Positions 37,310 to 50,185 of a DNA stretch of 64,000 nucleotides are shown in pieces (positions within the stretch are counted from its first letter, which is position 1; each line of letters begins with the position of its first letter). The stretch covers positions 10,728,001 to 10,792,000 of the forward strand of contig CM052817.1 of NCBI GenBank assembly GCA_028534125.1. Direction: 5' to 3'. This stretch comes from Lama glama (lineage: Eukaryota). The notes under the pieces were generated by a model. The model was not told where the DNA came from, did no database searches, and saw nothing but the letters and a program-made list of their open reading frames with translations. Both the position numbers and the translations under genes were made by a program.

Positions 37310-37500
37310 CTAATGTTTTGTGGGTGTGCCAAGCACGTCTTTTGATTTCCCACTCATCTCTAATCCTTACAACAACCTTGCAAAGTAAGCAATTTCCCCA
37401 TTTTTCTGATTAGAAAACTGAGCTTTTGATCTTCCCCGGAATCACAAAGCAAGTAAGTAGCAGATCTTATATTCATGCAGATCTGCCTGTCTCCTATGCC
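37310..37500 (-). mobile_element. MIR SINE
   Basis: 'tctaatccttacaacaaccttgcaaagtaag...ccccatttttctgattagaaaactgag'. Confidence 0.75.
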
Positions 37501-38274
37501 GTTGTCTTTCCCAGGACATCACTTGGCCACCCTCCAAGGCTTGCTCTGTGTTGTTCCAGAAAGCAGAGCAAGACATTGTGCCTCCACACAGAGAGAGAAG
37601 CTGATCTGTAAAGAGAAGTCAAAGTAAGAGAAAGTAAGTCCTGATGGCACCAGGGCCTCAGCTTCCATGCTCTCTGAGGCCAGTTGCTCTCTGGCCCTCC
37701 ACACCAGCTGTACGTTTTGTTTTTTTACCACCTTTGTTGAGGTATAATTGACACACACAACAAACTGAACATATTTAAAGTGTACAATTTGACGTTTTGA
37801 CATATTTGTACATCCATTAAAGCAACATCACAATCCAGATAATGAACATACCATCAGTCTCAAAAGCTTCCTTGTGCACGTTTACAATGCTTCTCTCCAG
37901 TGTCCCTTTCACTCCCCTCTGCCAGTCACCCTGCTTTTAGTCTGTAGATTGTTTAGTATTTTCTGGAGTCTCACATACAAATGGAATCATACTGCATGTA
38001 CTCTTTTTGGGGGTAAGGAGGGTCTAGCTTCTTTCATACAACATAATTATTTGAAGATTTATCATGTTGTGTGTATCAATAATTCATTTTTGGCAACTCT
38101 GGAGGATCACAAATTTGATTAATTATTTTTCATTCCTGAGTACTATTCCATTGTATGGCTAGATCACTGCAGGTTTATCCATTCATCTGCTGGTAGAAGT
38201 CTGTGTGGTTTCCAGTTTGGAGCTATCATGAATACAGCTGCTCGGAGCATTCTTGTCTAAGTCTTTATGTGGAC

Positions 38275-38450
38275 ATCTGCAAAGGTCCAGAGAAGATGAC
38301 TCATTTTCTACTTTTCACAGACTCAGCCACACTCTTGCATGTATTTATTTGCTTCTTGTCTGCAGCTGCTTTTATGTTACATAGCAGAGTGTGTAGCATC
38401 TTGGCTTACAAAGCCTGAAATGTTCGCTTGTCAGTTTTTGAACAGGTGTT
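38275..38450. mobile_element. hAT-Charlie MITE (MER58A-like) inside L1
   Basis: 'cagccacac...tgtctgcagctgcttttatgttacatagcagag...caaagcctgaaatgtt'. Confidence 0.6.
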
Positions 38451-39117
38451 CTTATACAAATTTCTATGAGTTAGTGATTAGACATAAAATAGGTGTATGT
38501 TAGCCTTTCATAGAAATGGCTAAACTGTTTTCCAAACTGGTTGTACTATTTTACATCCCCACCAGCAGTGGATGAACATTCCAGTTGCTTCATATCCTTG
38601 CCAAAACTTAAAATGCTCTTTCTTTTTAATTTTAGCCATTTTAATATATGTGTAGTGATATTTCCTTGTGACTTTAATTTGCCTTTCTCTGATAACTGAT
38701 GATATTGAACCCCTTTTAATTTGTTTATTTATTTGTGTATCTCTTTTTTGATGAAGTGACTATTTCAAATATTAGTCTTGTTGGGAGAAGGATTTGTTTT
38801 CTTATTATTCAGTTTTGAGAGTTCTTTATATATTCTAGCATACAAGCTCTTAATCAGATATGTGATTTGCTAATATTTTCTCCCATTCTGTGGCTTTTCA
38901 TTTTCTTAACAGAATCTTTTACAGAGCAAAGTTTTTAATATAAAAGCTCATTTTTAATTTTTATTTTAGGTATTATGTTTTAGATACTATGTGTAAGAAA
39001 TTCTTGCCTTGCCCAAGATCATAAGACTTTCTTCTACGAGTTTTATAGTTTGGAATGTTACTCAAAACTATTAAGAACTACTGGGAAATGATCAAAATTA
39101 AAAATTGTGCATGTGTT

Positions 39118-39140
39118 TGTGTGTGTGTGTGTGTGTGTGT
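39118..39140. repeat. (TG)n microsatellite
   Basis: Direct reading. Confidence 0.9.
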
Positions 39141-39589
39141 ATCTAATTATTTGTTAAAAAAAATTCTCTCTCCACTGAGCTGTCTTGGACCTTTGCTGAA
39201 AATTAATTGATCACATACATGTAGGTTGATTTCTGGATTCCCTATGCTGTTTCATTAATCTATTTGTCTTTCTTGATGTCAGTACTACACTGCCTTTATT
39301 ACTGTGGTGGATTTATAAGAAATCTTGAAGCCAGGTATTACAAGTCCTCCAATTTTGTTCTTCTTTTCCAAAATTATTTTACTTACCTTATGTCTTTTGC
39401 CTTTCCATTTGAATTTTAAAATCAACTTCCAATAATGCAGAGTCCTCCATAAACACAATATGTCTCTCCAATTTTTGTTTAGATGTTTTTCATTTCTCTC
39501 AGTTTTGTAATTCTCAGGATACAGATCTTGCAACCACCAACTGATTGAGAAAAATTATTCCTCTTGCAGAATCACAAACCAAACAACAT

Positions 39590-39767
39590 CCTGTCTTTTT
39601 TTTTAAAAATTGATATTTTACTCATCACAGTTTTTTTGCATTTATTTTTGATATTTTTAAAGATTATGCTATAATACCATTTGTCTTGATTAGTAAGTTT
39701 TTGTTGTCCCCCTTAGTTCTAGGACTGAGGTGAGTGCTTCATGTAGTTTACCATCATTCCAGCCCTG
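39590..39767. mobile_element. hAT MITE (MER96B-like) inside L1
   Basis: 'atcctgtctt...ttttttgcatt...tcttgattagtaagttttt...cccctta...gaggtgagtgcttca...ccagccctg'. Confidence 0.55.
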
Positions 39768-42196
39768 TCCAGATATTTCATATTTATTGATGCCAATTTT
39801 TAAATTTCAATTTCCACTTGTCATTGCTAGTATTTAGAAATGCAACTGATTTTTGTATACTGATCTTGTATCCTGCAACCTTCCTAAACTAACTTATTAG
39901 TTTAGGTTCTTTTCTATAGATTTTTTTGGATTTTCTACATATTTGATCACATTTCCAATTTTTGGAAAGAGATTGATTAGAATAGGTATTACTTCTCCCT
40001 GAAATATTTGGTAGAATTCATTAGGGAAGCCATCTGGGCCTGGGATTTTTTTGTGGGAAGATTTTTAACTATAAATTCAGTTTCATTAGCAAATATCTAT
40101 CTTGTCTTTTTTTCCTTGAGTCAGCTTTGGTAGTTTGTCTTTCAAATAGTTTATCAGTGATGTTATTGGATTAATTGGAATAAAGTTTTCATACTATTTC
40201 CTTATTATCATGTTAATGTCTATAGGATCTGTCTGTGTCATGTTTCACATTCTTAATATTGGTAATTGATTGCTTCTTTCTTTTTTTCTGATCAATCACC
40301 TCTCTTCTAGAAAGAGAAGAAAAGCTTTGAATGCATTGATTTTTCAATTGTTTTCCTGTTTCATTGATTTTCACTTCAATTCTTTACTATTTCCTTTCTT
40401 TTCACCTTGAGTTTCATTTACTCTTTTCTTTTTAGTTTCTTAAGGCTGGAGGATTTGAGGCTATCTTTTCTAACATAGGTGTCTAGTGCTGTAAATTTTC
40501 ACTTACTACTGATTTAGCTGCATCCCACAAACTTCGATACGTGGTGTTTGCATTTTCGTTTAGTTCAAAACACAGTCTGATTTCCCTTTTGATTTCCCCT
40601 CTGACCCTTGAATGTGTTACTTAGTATCCAATTATTTAGGGATTTTTTTTAGATCTATTTCTATCATAGATTTCTTACCTAAAACCAATATATCCAGAGA
40701 TTATAACTTCTATGAATTTAATCCAAATTACTGAGACTTTTTTTGACCCAGAATATAGTCTATTCTGATAAATAGTCCATGTGCACTTGAAAAGAATGTT
40801 AATTCTGCCATTAGTGGGTGGAGTGTTCTATAAAGATCAATTAGGCCAAGTAACCATGACTGTGGTTTAAATTTCCTATATGTCTTAATTTTTTGTCTAG
40901 TTGCTCTATCAACTATTAAGAGAGGAGTACTGAAACCTCCTAATCTCTCTTTGGATTTGTCTAGTTCATCCTGCAGTTTATCCGTGTTTGCCTGATGTAT
41001 TTGATGCACTGCTATTATGCACATACACTCAAGATGCTCTGGTACGTTTGTAAGTTTTAAAAGCCCAGTTGAGCATCACGTGGTCCCACCCCGCACCCTC
41101 ACACACTGTTGACAGTCCTGAGGTCTCATCCCCACTCCTACATGACCAGGAATAAGCAGTATGTCTCCCAAACTAAATTGCTTCAGAAAAGAATAATCCA
41201 AACACATATTTTTTAAGCAGATGTTTTCCTCTTTTTATGGTACTTGAAATCTCTTTGGAGAATCAAGACCATGACACTGCAGTGAACAATGCAAGGCCAT
41301 TTATCAATAGCCAGAAATATTGTGCAGGATTCCAAAGGGGCTGGAGTTCACTCAGCAGTGAGGCTTGTGTGTGTTTCATTCTTTTGTTCTTCTGCCCTTC
41401 CCCTCCTTCTCTCTCCCTCCCTCCCTCCCTCCCCCATTTCCTGCCTTTCCTTCATTTCACATTTCCTTGGTACCTAATCAGCGTTTGTTTCTTTGTCAAA
41501 AGAGGATGCAGAGTTGATTCAAACAAGATCCCTGACCTCAGAGAATGTAAGAAGTTGGCTTGGAGAAGTGGGACTTGAGTGGACCCTTGAAAGACAATAG
41601 CTGAAGGACATACTCTGTGGGATGAAGAAGGAATTTGGTACATTCATTATAAAATAAATTCTGTGGTTGTCTATAAAACTTGAAATTTTCATGCCTTCTA
41701 TCTGATCCTTTTTGATCAAAAAATAAAGATGCTTGGATTTTTTTCCCCTTACTATTAAAATTACATATCCTTAGTAAATGTGGAATGGGGAGGAGACTAA
41801 ATGACAGGGAAATAACCATTTCTACTCACATCACCTATGTATAAATACTGTGGACATTTTGGTATTTTTCTAATTTTTTCCTGTTTATTAAATATAATCA
41901 TTAAATTTTATACCCTGATCTTTTCTTGACATCCTCTTCAGAATTTTCTATTTGGCTGTCATTTCTAAATCATGGCTAAATAATAGTTTATTTTAAAATT
42001 TCCCTATGTTTTATATCTAGGTTGTTAACAGTTTTCCCTTACTAAAAAATATTCTGCCCATAGATTTTTGTGAATTCTGTATTTACTATTCTCATGTTTT
42101 ATAGGTGAAGGGAACTTTTTGAGCTTATCAAGTCCAACCATGTCAGCTTTCAGACAAGAAACTGAGCATGTGGGTAATTAACTGAGTTCTTCGAGC

Positions 42197-42331
42197 TACA
42201 CTTCTCAAACTTTAGCATGTGTGGGAATCACCTGGGGATCTTATTAAGCTAAAGATTATGATTCAGTAAGCTTGAGGTGGAGCCCAATAGTCCGCATTTC
42301 TGACAACTTCCCAGGTGATCCAGTTGGTGCT
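42197..42331. mobile_element. hAT-Charlie MITE (MER5A-like)
   Basis: 'cttctcaaactttagcatgtg...gaatcacctgggga...tgattcagtaag...gcatttctgacaacttcccaggtgat'. Confidence 0.8.
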
Positions 42332-43859
42332 CAAAATATGACTCATGTATCAGATGAAGGATCTGAACCCTAAAGTCTGTCTGCAAAGCCCCGACATGCT
42401 CTTACTCTCACTCTTACCTAGGATGAGGCCACAGCGGTAACTAGGGCCAACGGGGGAAGATTTTGCATACAGATGAAATATAATTTGATTATCCTAATTT
42501 AAGGATGCTTTTGGAGATATGTAAGCTCTGGCTGAATACCCAATGTGTGGAGAGGTTTCATAGAAATTCAAAGATGGAGGGGAGTATCTATCATCTGGGG
42601 ACCTTGAAGGTCCTCCCAACCCCAAGGTTAAGGTTTCATACGTTAAAATTGAATACTTCGAGTGTTTATCTGAACAGCTAGCTCCTCAGCCACTTAAGAT
42701 TCAAGGAGCCATTTTCTGATAGAAGTTTCATTGCCAGGCAGAAAAACTAAATGAAATTAGTACTTCTTTTTTTTTCAAACAAAACCGGGTAGGAATTAGA
42801 GACCCAGGAGATGGCCAGAGTTGTCACATGAACCCTCTCTCTCTTTCTGTCTTTCTCCCTACCTTTTTTTTCTTTTAGGAAAAATAAAACCTCACATTTG
42901 AGAAATTTTCAGAAATATAATTTGCATTTGAAGAAAATGTCAGAATTATTTAACACACGATGGGAAGCAAAAGTGAAAATGTAAACGACTGGGGTCTCTT
43001 TACAAAAGGAAGATAGCTTCGCTTCTTAGTACAGACACATTTCTCTCTACCGGGTGTTCAAATGATGATGTTCTCCTTGAAACATGTTAACTGTCTGACT
43101 CATAAATTTCAAATTGTCACGGCCTGATGAGCTCCAGCCTGAGAGAGAAAGAGAAAACTGCTTGCTTTCATGCAAGTGACATGAAAACTCCAGAAAATTC
43201 CCATTTGGGTTGTTGATTTTACTGAAGTTTTCCAACTGCCGGCACTGCTGCTTGCAGATGTGTAGGTGCGTGGTTGAGAGAGGCAATGCCTTAGAGACGC
43301 CCACTGGGATAGCCCATCACCATAACCCGCTTCCAGCGTTCCGGACTCCCGTTCCCAGAGACGGTCAGACCTCCCTCCGTGGGCTGGACACCTGCTGCTT
43401 AGTCTGTCTAAAACCAAGCCCATTATCCACCTTCCCTACCAAACCAGGTTCTCCTCTTGATTCTGAATAAATTCGTTTCATGTCACTTTCCTCTTCTCAA
43501 AACCATAAATCGGATTCTCCAAACCTGATCTCTAGCTTACATCAAGTACTGGTGATTCCCCTGTTCCAAATGGTTCAAAAATTTCATCTCCACTGCCTCC
43601 CTTCAAGTTCCTGTTGTCTCAGAACTTCTAGTACTTTCTCCACACCGATGCCAGATTATTCTTTCCAAAGGACAAGTATCATTCTTCCTAAGTGCTAAGT
43701 CACACTGTGGTCTGAAATCTTCGACTAACTACAGCCTAAAGTTCACACTTGCTCACCTGGCCTTCTATGAGGGTAGCCCCAACTTTTCTGTTCAGTCTCC
43801 TCTGCACATAAACTACAGTCTAGACACATTAGAGAAAATGCCATTCCTGAAAGACAGGT

Positions 43860-44055
43860 TTAGGAAGTAGGCTTGCACAGTGGGTTACAAAGCTTTGGGT
43901 TCAGGACCCAGCTCTGCTCTTTCCAAGCTGTGCGCGACCTTGAAGTTAACCCTGAGCCAGCCTCTCATTTATAAAATAGTGCCGGCCTCCTCTAATCAGC
44001 ACAAAGATTCGAGTTAAAACTTGGAACAGAACGTCCAGTTTCTGTTCAGACATGC
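43860..44055 (+). mobile_element. MIR SINE
   Basis: 'ctttgggttcaggacccagctctg...tgcgaccttga...ctgagccagcctctcatttataaaat'. Confidence 0.7.
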
Positions 44056-44059
44056 AGAG

Positions 44060-44470
44060 TGTTAGAAAGAGCATCGTTCCTGATCTTACAACAAAGGAGC
44101 AGAGCAAACTGCAATCTCGTGAAGGTCTTCTCATTGACCAAAGACCTGAGATCCCCAGGGAAAGGACCACCCTAAAATCTAAGGCGAGACAGTCACCTGT
44201 AAAGAGAGGCAGAACACAAGCACTTGCTTGCCTGGGACAGATGCTTGCCTGGGACAGATGCAGCAGGACACCAGGAGGAACAGTCCACGAATGGAGGCTG
44301 GTGAGAGCACATCAAGCCCTCAGGGGCCGCAGATACAAGGGAGTTTACACATTTTTGCCACCTCGTCCTCAATGGTCAGCACTTGGTGACACTTCCCTTA
44401 AGGAAGTGTCCCTCATGGTTCAGGCCTGGGCTTGGGGAACAGTAGCCACTACAAAAAGGACATAAAATAC
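44060..44470 (+). mobile_element. Possible isolated 5' UTR fragment of an old L1M
   Basis: 'cctgatcttacaacaa...gcaaactgcaatc...ctgagatccccaggg...accaccctaaaatcta...gagacag' resembles recalled L1MC/MD 5' ends. Contains a 17-bp tandem duplication at 44225-44258. Confidence 0.45.
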
Positions 44471-45022
44471 CACCAAGACCGTCCACACACAGGAGGACCT
44501 CACTTACTGCATGGCTTCGTCTACCCTTTTGCTCATCCAGGGCTTTAAACTTTACAATGAAATTATGCATTTGAGGGCAGGAGTTTCTAGCTTAATTTTT
44601 TTAATAGAGAAGGGGAAAACAGTTATCAAATAACTAGGCTCCTTTCCTAAGGGCACACAGTAAATTTCTTTAAAATTTCAAAAAATCACAGGCAAGTGCT
44701 TCTGTGATGAGTCCACTCCCCGAAGTTGGTAGGAAACATCTGTTAGGACGTGAGATGCTCAAGGTTTTATCACACATGGGCTTACTTAGGACGGCTTACT
44801 GCTATTCTGTCAGATTAATATGGGGATTCATAACCCCATTTTACAGATGAGAGAATTGACGCCCAGAGAGAGGAAGGCCTGTCCCAGATCACAGAACAGT
44901 ATTGTTCAGGTGAGGCTGAAAAAACACAAAATGGGTGGAGGCGAGGAGGGTAGTCCTCTTTAAAGATTTTATCCCGTGAACAATTTGAAAGAGTAAATGG
45001 TTTAAAAACATAAAGATGTAAT

Positions 45023-45165
45023 CTTTTTTTACTTAAAATCTTGGGGGGGGGGGTTTGGGTGTGGGAGGTAGTTATGTTTATTTATTTAAATGGAGGTGAG
45101 GGGATTGAACCCAGGACCTCATGCATGCTAGGCACACACCCTACCACTGAGCTATAGCCTCTGCC
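45023..45165 (-). mobile_element. tRNA-Ala-derived camelid SINE (Vic-1-like)
   Basis: 'tggaggtgaggggattgaacccaggacctcatgcatgctaggcacacaccctaccactgagctata', with T/G-rich tail upstream on the + strand. Confidence 0.88.
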
Positions 45166-45699
45166 TTTGACATGGTTCTGATGTTACCTCCTCAAACGAT
45201 GAATCCACTTGATACTAAACATCCACTTCCTCCTCCTGCTGGTGGCCACACCCTGGTCTGGCTTTGAGGAAGCTGCCTCTCCTTCTCTCTTTACAGCCCA
45301 GAAGGGAAGGCGCACGTGCAGGGTCCAGGCCCCACCCCTGGCTGGTCCCTGCAGGCCACGTGTCCTCTGGAGGCCCAGCCAGCGCCCGCAAGACTGGACT
45401 CTTAGGTTTCACCAGGCCGCCGTCTTTCTTGGACTCTCCCTTTCTCTGGCACTGATGTTGAGGTGACACCACACGGAGAGCAAAAGAAGCCAAGTCCAGA
45501 AATGAGGCCTAGTGTTGCTTTTGAACTTGAATCAAGCCTTACTGAGCGGTAACGCTAGTCCGGGTACTTTGCAGTTCCTGGAGCTATCAGTCTCCCTCTC
45601 TACCCTTTGCCTTCTTGTTCTAAAGCTATTTGAGTTGGGTTCTTAAAAACTGCAGAGGGAAGACACTTAGCTAGCATATCCCTTCATGGCTACTAAGTG

Positions 45700-45841
45700 A
45701 GCAAAGGTGTAAAAATAGTAACAATCAAAATTTGGCAAGAGTGTGGGAGGCAGGATCTCTCCTACACAACTTACATAAATATCAACTGGCATATCTATAT
45801 GTATATTTGTATATATATGTGTGTGTATATATACACACACA

Positions 45842-45880
<39 letters not shown>

Positions 45881-46330
45881 CTTTAAAATGTGTATACCTT
45901 AGCACTCAAATATTCCACTTTAAAAATTTTACCTTAAGTGAATGCTCAAGAATGTGTGACGCAAATTGATTAGAAAAAGCATCCACAGTTGTAACTTACA
46001 ACATCAAAGAACTGGAAGTAATCTAAACATCCAACACCAGGAGATAAATTAGATAGTGAGACACCCATACAACACGAACGAAGCAGAATTCAAAACAATA
46101 TTGTGGAAGAACAGAAACATGTTCAGTAGTTCATAAAATATCATTGAGAAAACATAGAGTGTAAATGACAGGTACAGTCTGATTTTACTTTTGCTTATAA
46201 CAATATAGATTTATATGCATGTAGAGATTATGGGGACACGAACCCCCAATATGTTATCAGTAGCAGGAATATCAGTACTTTTTAAATGTTTTCCTTTATG
46301 ATTATTTTTTAAATTAATTATCATGAATTT
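45700..46330 (+). mobile_element. Old L1ME-like 3' fragment containing a (TA)n tract at about 45790-45876
   Basis: 'acaatcaaaatttggcaagagtgtgg...ctttaaaatgtgtatacctt...attccacttt...actggaagtaatctaaacatccaaca'. Confidence 0.65.
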
Positions 46331-47509
46331 AAAAGATAACATTTAAAGCTTTTTAAGGAAGAGTAAATATTGCATTAGTGAAAAATTAGACAAACCAGAG
46401 GAAAGGCTCCTTTCATAGTCATGTCCCTGTCGTACCGTCACTCTCATGTCGCACGGCTGGGTAGTTTTCTTTGTCGCCTTTCTCTAGCAACTGTTGTCAC
46501 TGTTAGAGTGTGTACAGAACTTTGTATCTTGTTTTTGCCAGGATATTTTCTGCTATTATTTGATATTTTTGCTGGTATTTAGTGTTTTCCTAGGTCATTA
46601 TTAGACATTTCTACCCAACATTCATAGTGGTTATGTAACATCCGAGCTTGAGTAACAGCCCATGAATCTATTGTCCTTCTCTTTATTCCCATCTTGTTGG
46701 ACAGTTAGGCTGTCTAGGTCTTCAAAGCCAAATTCTGCATTGCTGTGTATTTTTGGATGGTTTCCCTGTGAGAAATCCCCCTGAACAATCTAAGGAGGGG
46801 ATCTTCCAAAGGCAGTGTGGAAATGACACAGTTGCAGATGACCAGTGGCATGACAGCCATCACCAGTGCCCCTGATGCTTCTCACCGGAACTGCTTCTGA
46901 CTGTAGGATCGGTGGGAACAGCTCCCGCTGTCCGAGCCGCTGCCTGGACCATTCTTTCAGGTGCAATGGAAGCAGAGAGCTTCCAAAGCCCGGAATGAGG
47001 CTGGACCCAGGCCAGGGGCCGGCTGGGGAAAAGCTAAGAGAGAGGAAAGGGATAAGATCTTTCCAGCTGCTCTTAAGTGCAGCTTAAGGCTTAGTGGCCA
47101 TCAATTGAATCAATATCTGACCTGGAGCCTGGTTGGCTGAGACATTGAGTCATTTCTGCATGTCCAAGGCTACAAAGTGGAGCCTCTGTAATGGACAGGG
47201 AGGGCCCTTACCCTGTGGGGAGGGAGGTTGATGGACGGAGGCCGGCCTTGGGTCAGGAGGCTGCAGTTCCATCGGCCAGATATGTGACTCCGAGAAGGTC
47301 TTCCTGACAAAACGGGGCCAATGATACCTGCCCTTCCTGGAAGGCTAAGCGCCTTCAATGACAAGATGGGCAGGAAAGTCTTCTGTAAACTCTAGAGCAG
47401 TGTCTCCTTGTGAGGGATTAGTAAGACCTTCCACGCATGATCACGGTAAGAAAATGCCTGGGGCTTGCTCCTTATGCCCAGTGTCTGATGGGAAAGGGGA
47501 TTGTTTCTT

Positions 47510-47890
47510 TGTCTATTCTACATTTATTGAGTGCTTACTACGTGCCAGGTTACATTTTAGGTACTTGAGACACAACAGTGAACTAGCCAGAGAAGGCCTT
47601 TCATGGAAATTTACATTCAACCAGGTGGAGACAAACAGCATTGGAAACAATCGTGTAAACACGAGACCTTCAGAAAATGGTAGCAAGAATAAAATAAAGC
47701 AGGGGTGACCTGATAGAGAGGGCAGAGCAAGGGACTGGCTTTTTTCCTGAAGTGTGAACAGAGCGTCTCTAAAAGGTGACAGTGTGCTAAGTCCTGAAAG
47801 CCGGAAAGCAGCAAACGATCTGAAGATCTGGGGGAAGATGTTCCAGGCAGAAGGAACAGCGAAGGCAAGAGCTTGGAAGTGGGAAAACCT
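47510..47890 (-). mobile_element. L2 LINE 3' end
   Basis: 'catttattgagtgcttactacgtgccagg...gttccaggcagaaggaacagc'. Confidence 0.85.
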
Positions 47891-47896
47891 TGGAGG

Positions 47897-48372
47897 GTGA
47901 TGGAGACCGATTGTGTGTCCCTCCCTCCCAAATTCATACGTTGAAACCTAATCCCCGACGTGATGGTATTTGGAGGCGGGGCCTTTGGGAGGTGACGGAG
48001 CATGAGGTCAGAGCTCTCACAAATGGGTTAGTGCCCTTGTAAGAAGAGACACCATTAACTAGATTTATGGCGGTGATCATTTCATATTATATCCATATAA
48101 TAGAATCATTATGTTCTAAACCTGAAACTAATATAATAAAAGAACAAAAAAATCACCAGGAGTCGATAATTGATGAAGGTGGGTGAAAGGTAATATAGCA
48201 ATTTACATATGCTATTGTCTCTACTTTGGTATATGTTTGAAATTATCTAAAATGAAAAGTTTAATATAAAAGATTTATAATCATCAAAAAAAAAAAAAAA
48301 AAAGAAGAGAGAGAGAGCAGAGCTCCCTCTCTCTGCCCCATGAGGACACAGTGAGAAAGCTGCCACCTGCGA
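47897..48372 (+). mobile_element. MaLR LTR (MLT1A-like), interrupted at 48054-48303 and truncated by the gap
   Basis: 'cccaaattcatacgttgaaacctaatcccc...gtgatggtatttggagg...ggcctttgggaggtga...agtgcccttgtaagaagagacacc', resuming 'ctctctctgccccatgaggacacagtgagaaagctgcc'. Confidence 0.85.
48054..48303 (+). mobile_element. Short retro-insertion: L1 3' tip + extra sequence + poly(A), bounded by AAGAAGAGA duplication
   Basis: L1-type terminus 'taactagatttatggcggtgatcatttc...gaatcattatgttctaaacctgaaactaatataat'. A-rich run 48138-48152, second segment 48153-48285, poly(A) 48286-48303. Confidence 0.75.
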
Positions 48373-48872
48373 NNNNNNNNNNNNNNNNNNNNNNNNNNNN
48401 NNNNNNNNNNNNNNNNNNNNNNNNNNNNNNNNNNNNNNNNNNNNNNNNNNNNNNNNNNNNNNNNNNNNNNNNNNNNNNNNNNNNNNNNNNNNNNNNNNNN
48501 NNNNNNNNNNNNNNNNNNNNNNNNNNNNNNNNNNNNNNNNNNNNNNNNNNNNNNNNNNNNNNNNNNNNNNNNNNNNNNNNNNNNNNNNNNNNNNNNNNNN
48601 NNNNNNNNNNNNNNNNNNNNNNNNNNNNNNNNNNNNNNNNNNNNNNNNNNNNNNNNNNNNNNNNNNNNNNNNNNNNNNNNNNNNNNNNNNNNNNNNNNNN
48701 NNNNNNNNNNNNNNNNNNNNNNNNNNNNNNNNNNNNNNNNNNNNNNNNNNNNNNNNNNNNNNNNNNNNNNNNNNNNNNNNNNNNNNNNNNNNNNNNNNNN
48801 NNNNNNNNNNNNNNNNNNNNNNNNNNNNNNNNNNNNNNNNNNNNNNNNNNNNNNNNNNNNNNNNNNNNNNNN
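48373..48872. other. Assembly gap of exactly 500 N
   Basis: Direct reading. Confidence 0.99.
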
Positions 48873-48979
48873 AGAAGGAGGCTTGCTCCTAGCTGAGACT
48901 CTGGTCATCCCAGCTTAGCTGTGAGAGTTAGAAAACTGCCCCCAGAAAGAGCTTCCATAAGAGAGAACTTGCTTTTCCC

Positions 48980-49349
48980 CTCACATAAATGAGTCCCAGA
49001 AGCAAGAGTCCAAGCCCATTATGGTAGCTCCATAATGATCTTGAGCACTGGTTCCTTCCTCATAGTCTAAAAATGGTTGCTTGAGCTCAGCCGTCATGTC
49101 TGAAGTCCAGGCAGCTATAAGGAGAAGCAGAAGAAGGTACACTCCTTCCCTTTGAGGCCACTTCCGAGAATTGGTACCTATCACTTCTGCTTACATCCCA
49201 TTGCCAGAACTCACTCACAGGACCCCACCTAGCTGCATGGGTAGCTCTTTAGTCATGGCAATGATGAGCTCAGCTCAAAGTTGGGAGCTCTCATATTAAG
49301 GAAGAAGGGGAGAACAGTTGCTGGGGGATGACCAGCAGTCTCTGCCACA
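48980..49349 (-). mobile_element. MaLR LTR (MLT1J-like)
   Basis: 'aaaatggttgct...cacttctgcttacatcccattgccagaact...cacctagctgca...taaggaagaaggggagaa...agcagtctctgccaca'. Confidence 0.8.
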
Positions 49350-49484
49350 GTGCACAAATCGTCTGGACTTAGAGGTGATGGATAAGAACAGAACCTGGGG
49401 AGACTTTGAGGCTAAACCCCACTAATCCTGGGGGGCTAGATGCCTGCCTGTAGAATCCGCTCCAAAGCATTATTGAAATCCCAG

Positions 49485-49920
49485 CAGCACTGGGTTGAAT
49501 GGCGCCCCACTAAAAGTCTTGTCTACCCAGAACCTGAGAAAGTGGCCTTGTTTGAAAATATGGTCTTTGCAGATGCAATTAGCTCAGTGAAGATGGACGA
49601 GGGTTCACCCCAAACCCGATAGGCCTGGTATCTTTACAAGAAGAGGAAAAGCTGTACAGAGATGCACAGGGAAGTTCACATGATGATGAAGAGAGAGACT
49701 GGATGAAAGGTCTGCAAGGGAAGGAAGGGCAAGAACCACCAGCAACGAGCAGAAGCTAGAACTGGTGGGGAAGCATCTTCCACCAGAGCCCCGGGAGGAA
49801 GCATGGCCCTACCCACACCTTCATTTCAGCTTCTGGTCTCCAGAACTCTGAGGCGATGAATTTCCGTTGTTTAGGCCACTTTGTGTGTGGTACTTTGTTA
49901 CACAGCCCAGGACACTCACA
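49485..49920 (+). mobile_element. MaLR LTR (MLT1B/C-like)
   Basis: 'tgggttgaatggcgcccc...ggtctttgcagatgcaatta...cagaagctaga...gcatggccct...cttctggtctccagaactctgag...gtggtactttgttacacagccc'. Confidence 0.88.
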
Positions 49921-50171
49921 CCCCAGCGCTGTGCGTGCCCCAGCGGCTTTGGGCACGTAAACAAAGGAGAGAGCTCTCCACTGGGCAGGGACCCTCTGTG
50001 CAGAGGCGGGGAACAGGGAAATGACTCCACAGACCGAAGGTGGAAGATGTGGAGGAGAGGAAAGAGCCCAATTTGCAAGTGCTGGGACCCACCTCCAACT
50101 TCTGAGAAGCCACCGGATGAAGAGCTCCAGTAACTCAGAAATAGAAGGAAGTAGGTCCCACGCTGGCTGCA

Positions 50172-50185
50172 GTTGCCATGGCAAA
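50172..50185. promoter_or_regulatory. Candidate RFX X-box
   Basis: GTTGCCATGGCAAA matches 13/14 of the palindromic X-box GTTGCCATGGCAAC. Function untested. Confidence 0.4.

Larger units (their letters stand above)
37715..41030 (-). mobile_element. Decayed old L1M (3' UTR to endonuclease), with internal deletions and MITE insertions
   Basis: 3' terminus 'ttgttgaggtataattgac...atatttaaagtgtacaatttga'. ORF 40728-41024 gives the endonuclease-like LIDLYRTLHPLMAELTFFSSAHGLFIRIDYILGQK. ORF 39285-39533 is ORF2-like (QDLYPENYKT...KNKIGGLVIPGFKISYKSTTVIKAV). Confidence 0.92.

Noticed and set aside
40728..41024. 98-aa ORF with nuclease-like motifs
   Set aside because: Fragment of the L1 ORF2 endonuclease within a decayed L1.
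48261..48908. Longest ORFs in the track (215 and 181 aa)
   Set aside because: Artefacts of translating through the N gap.
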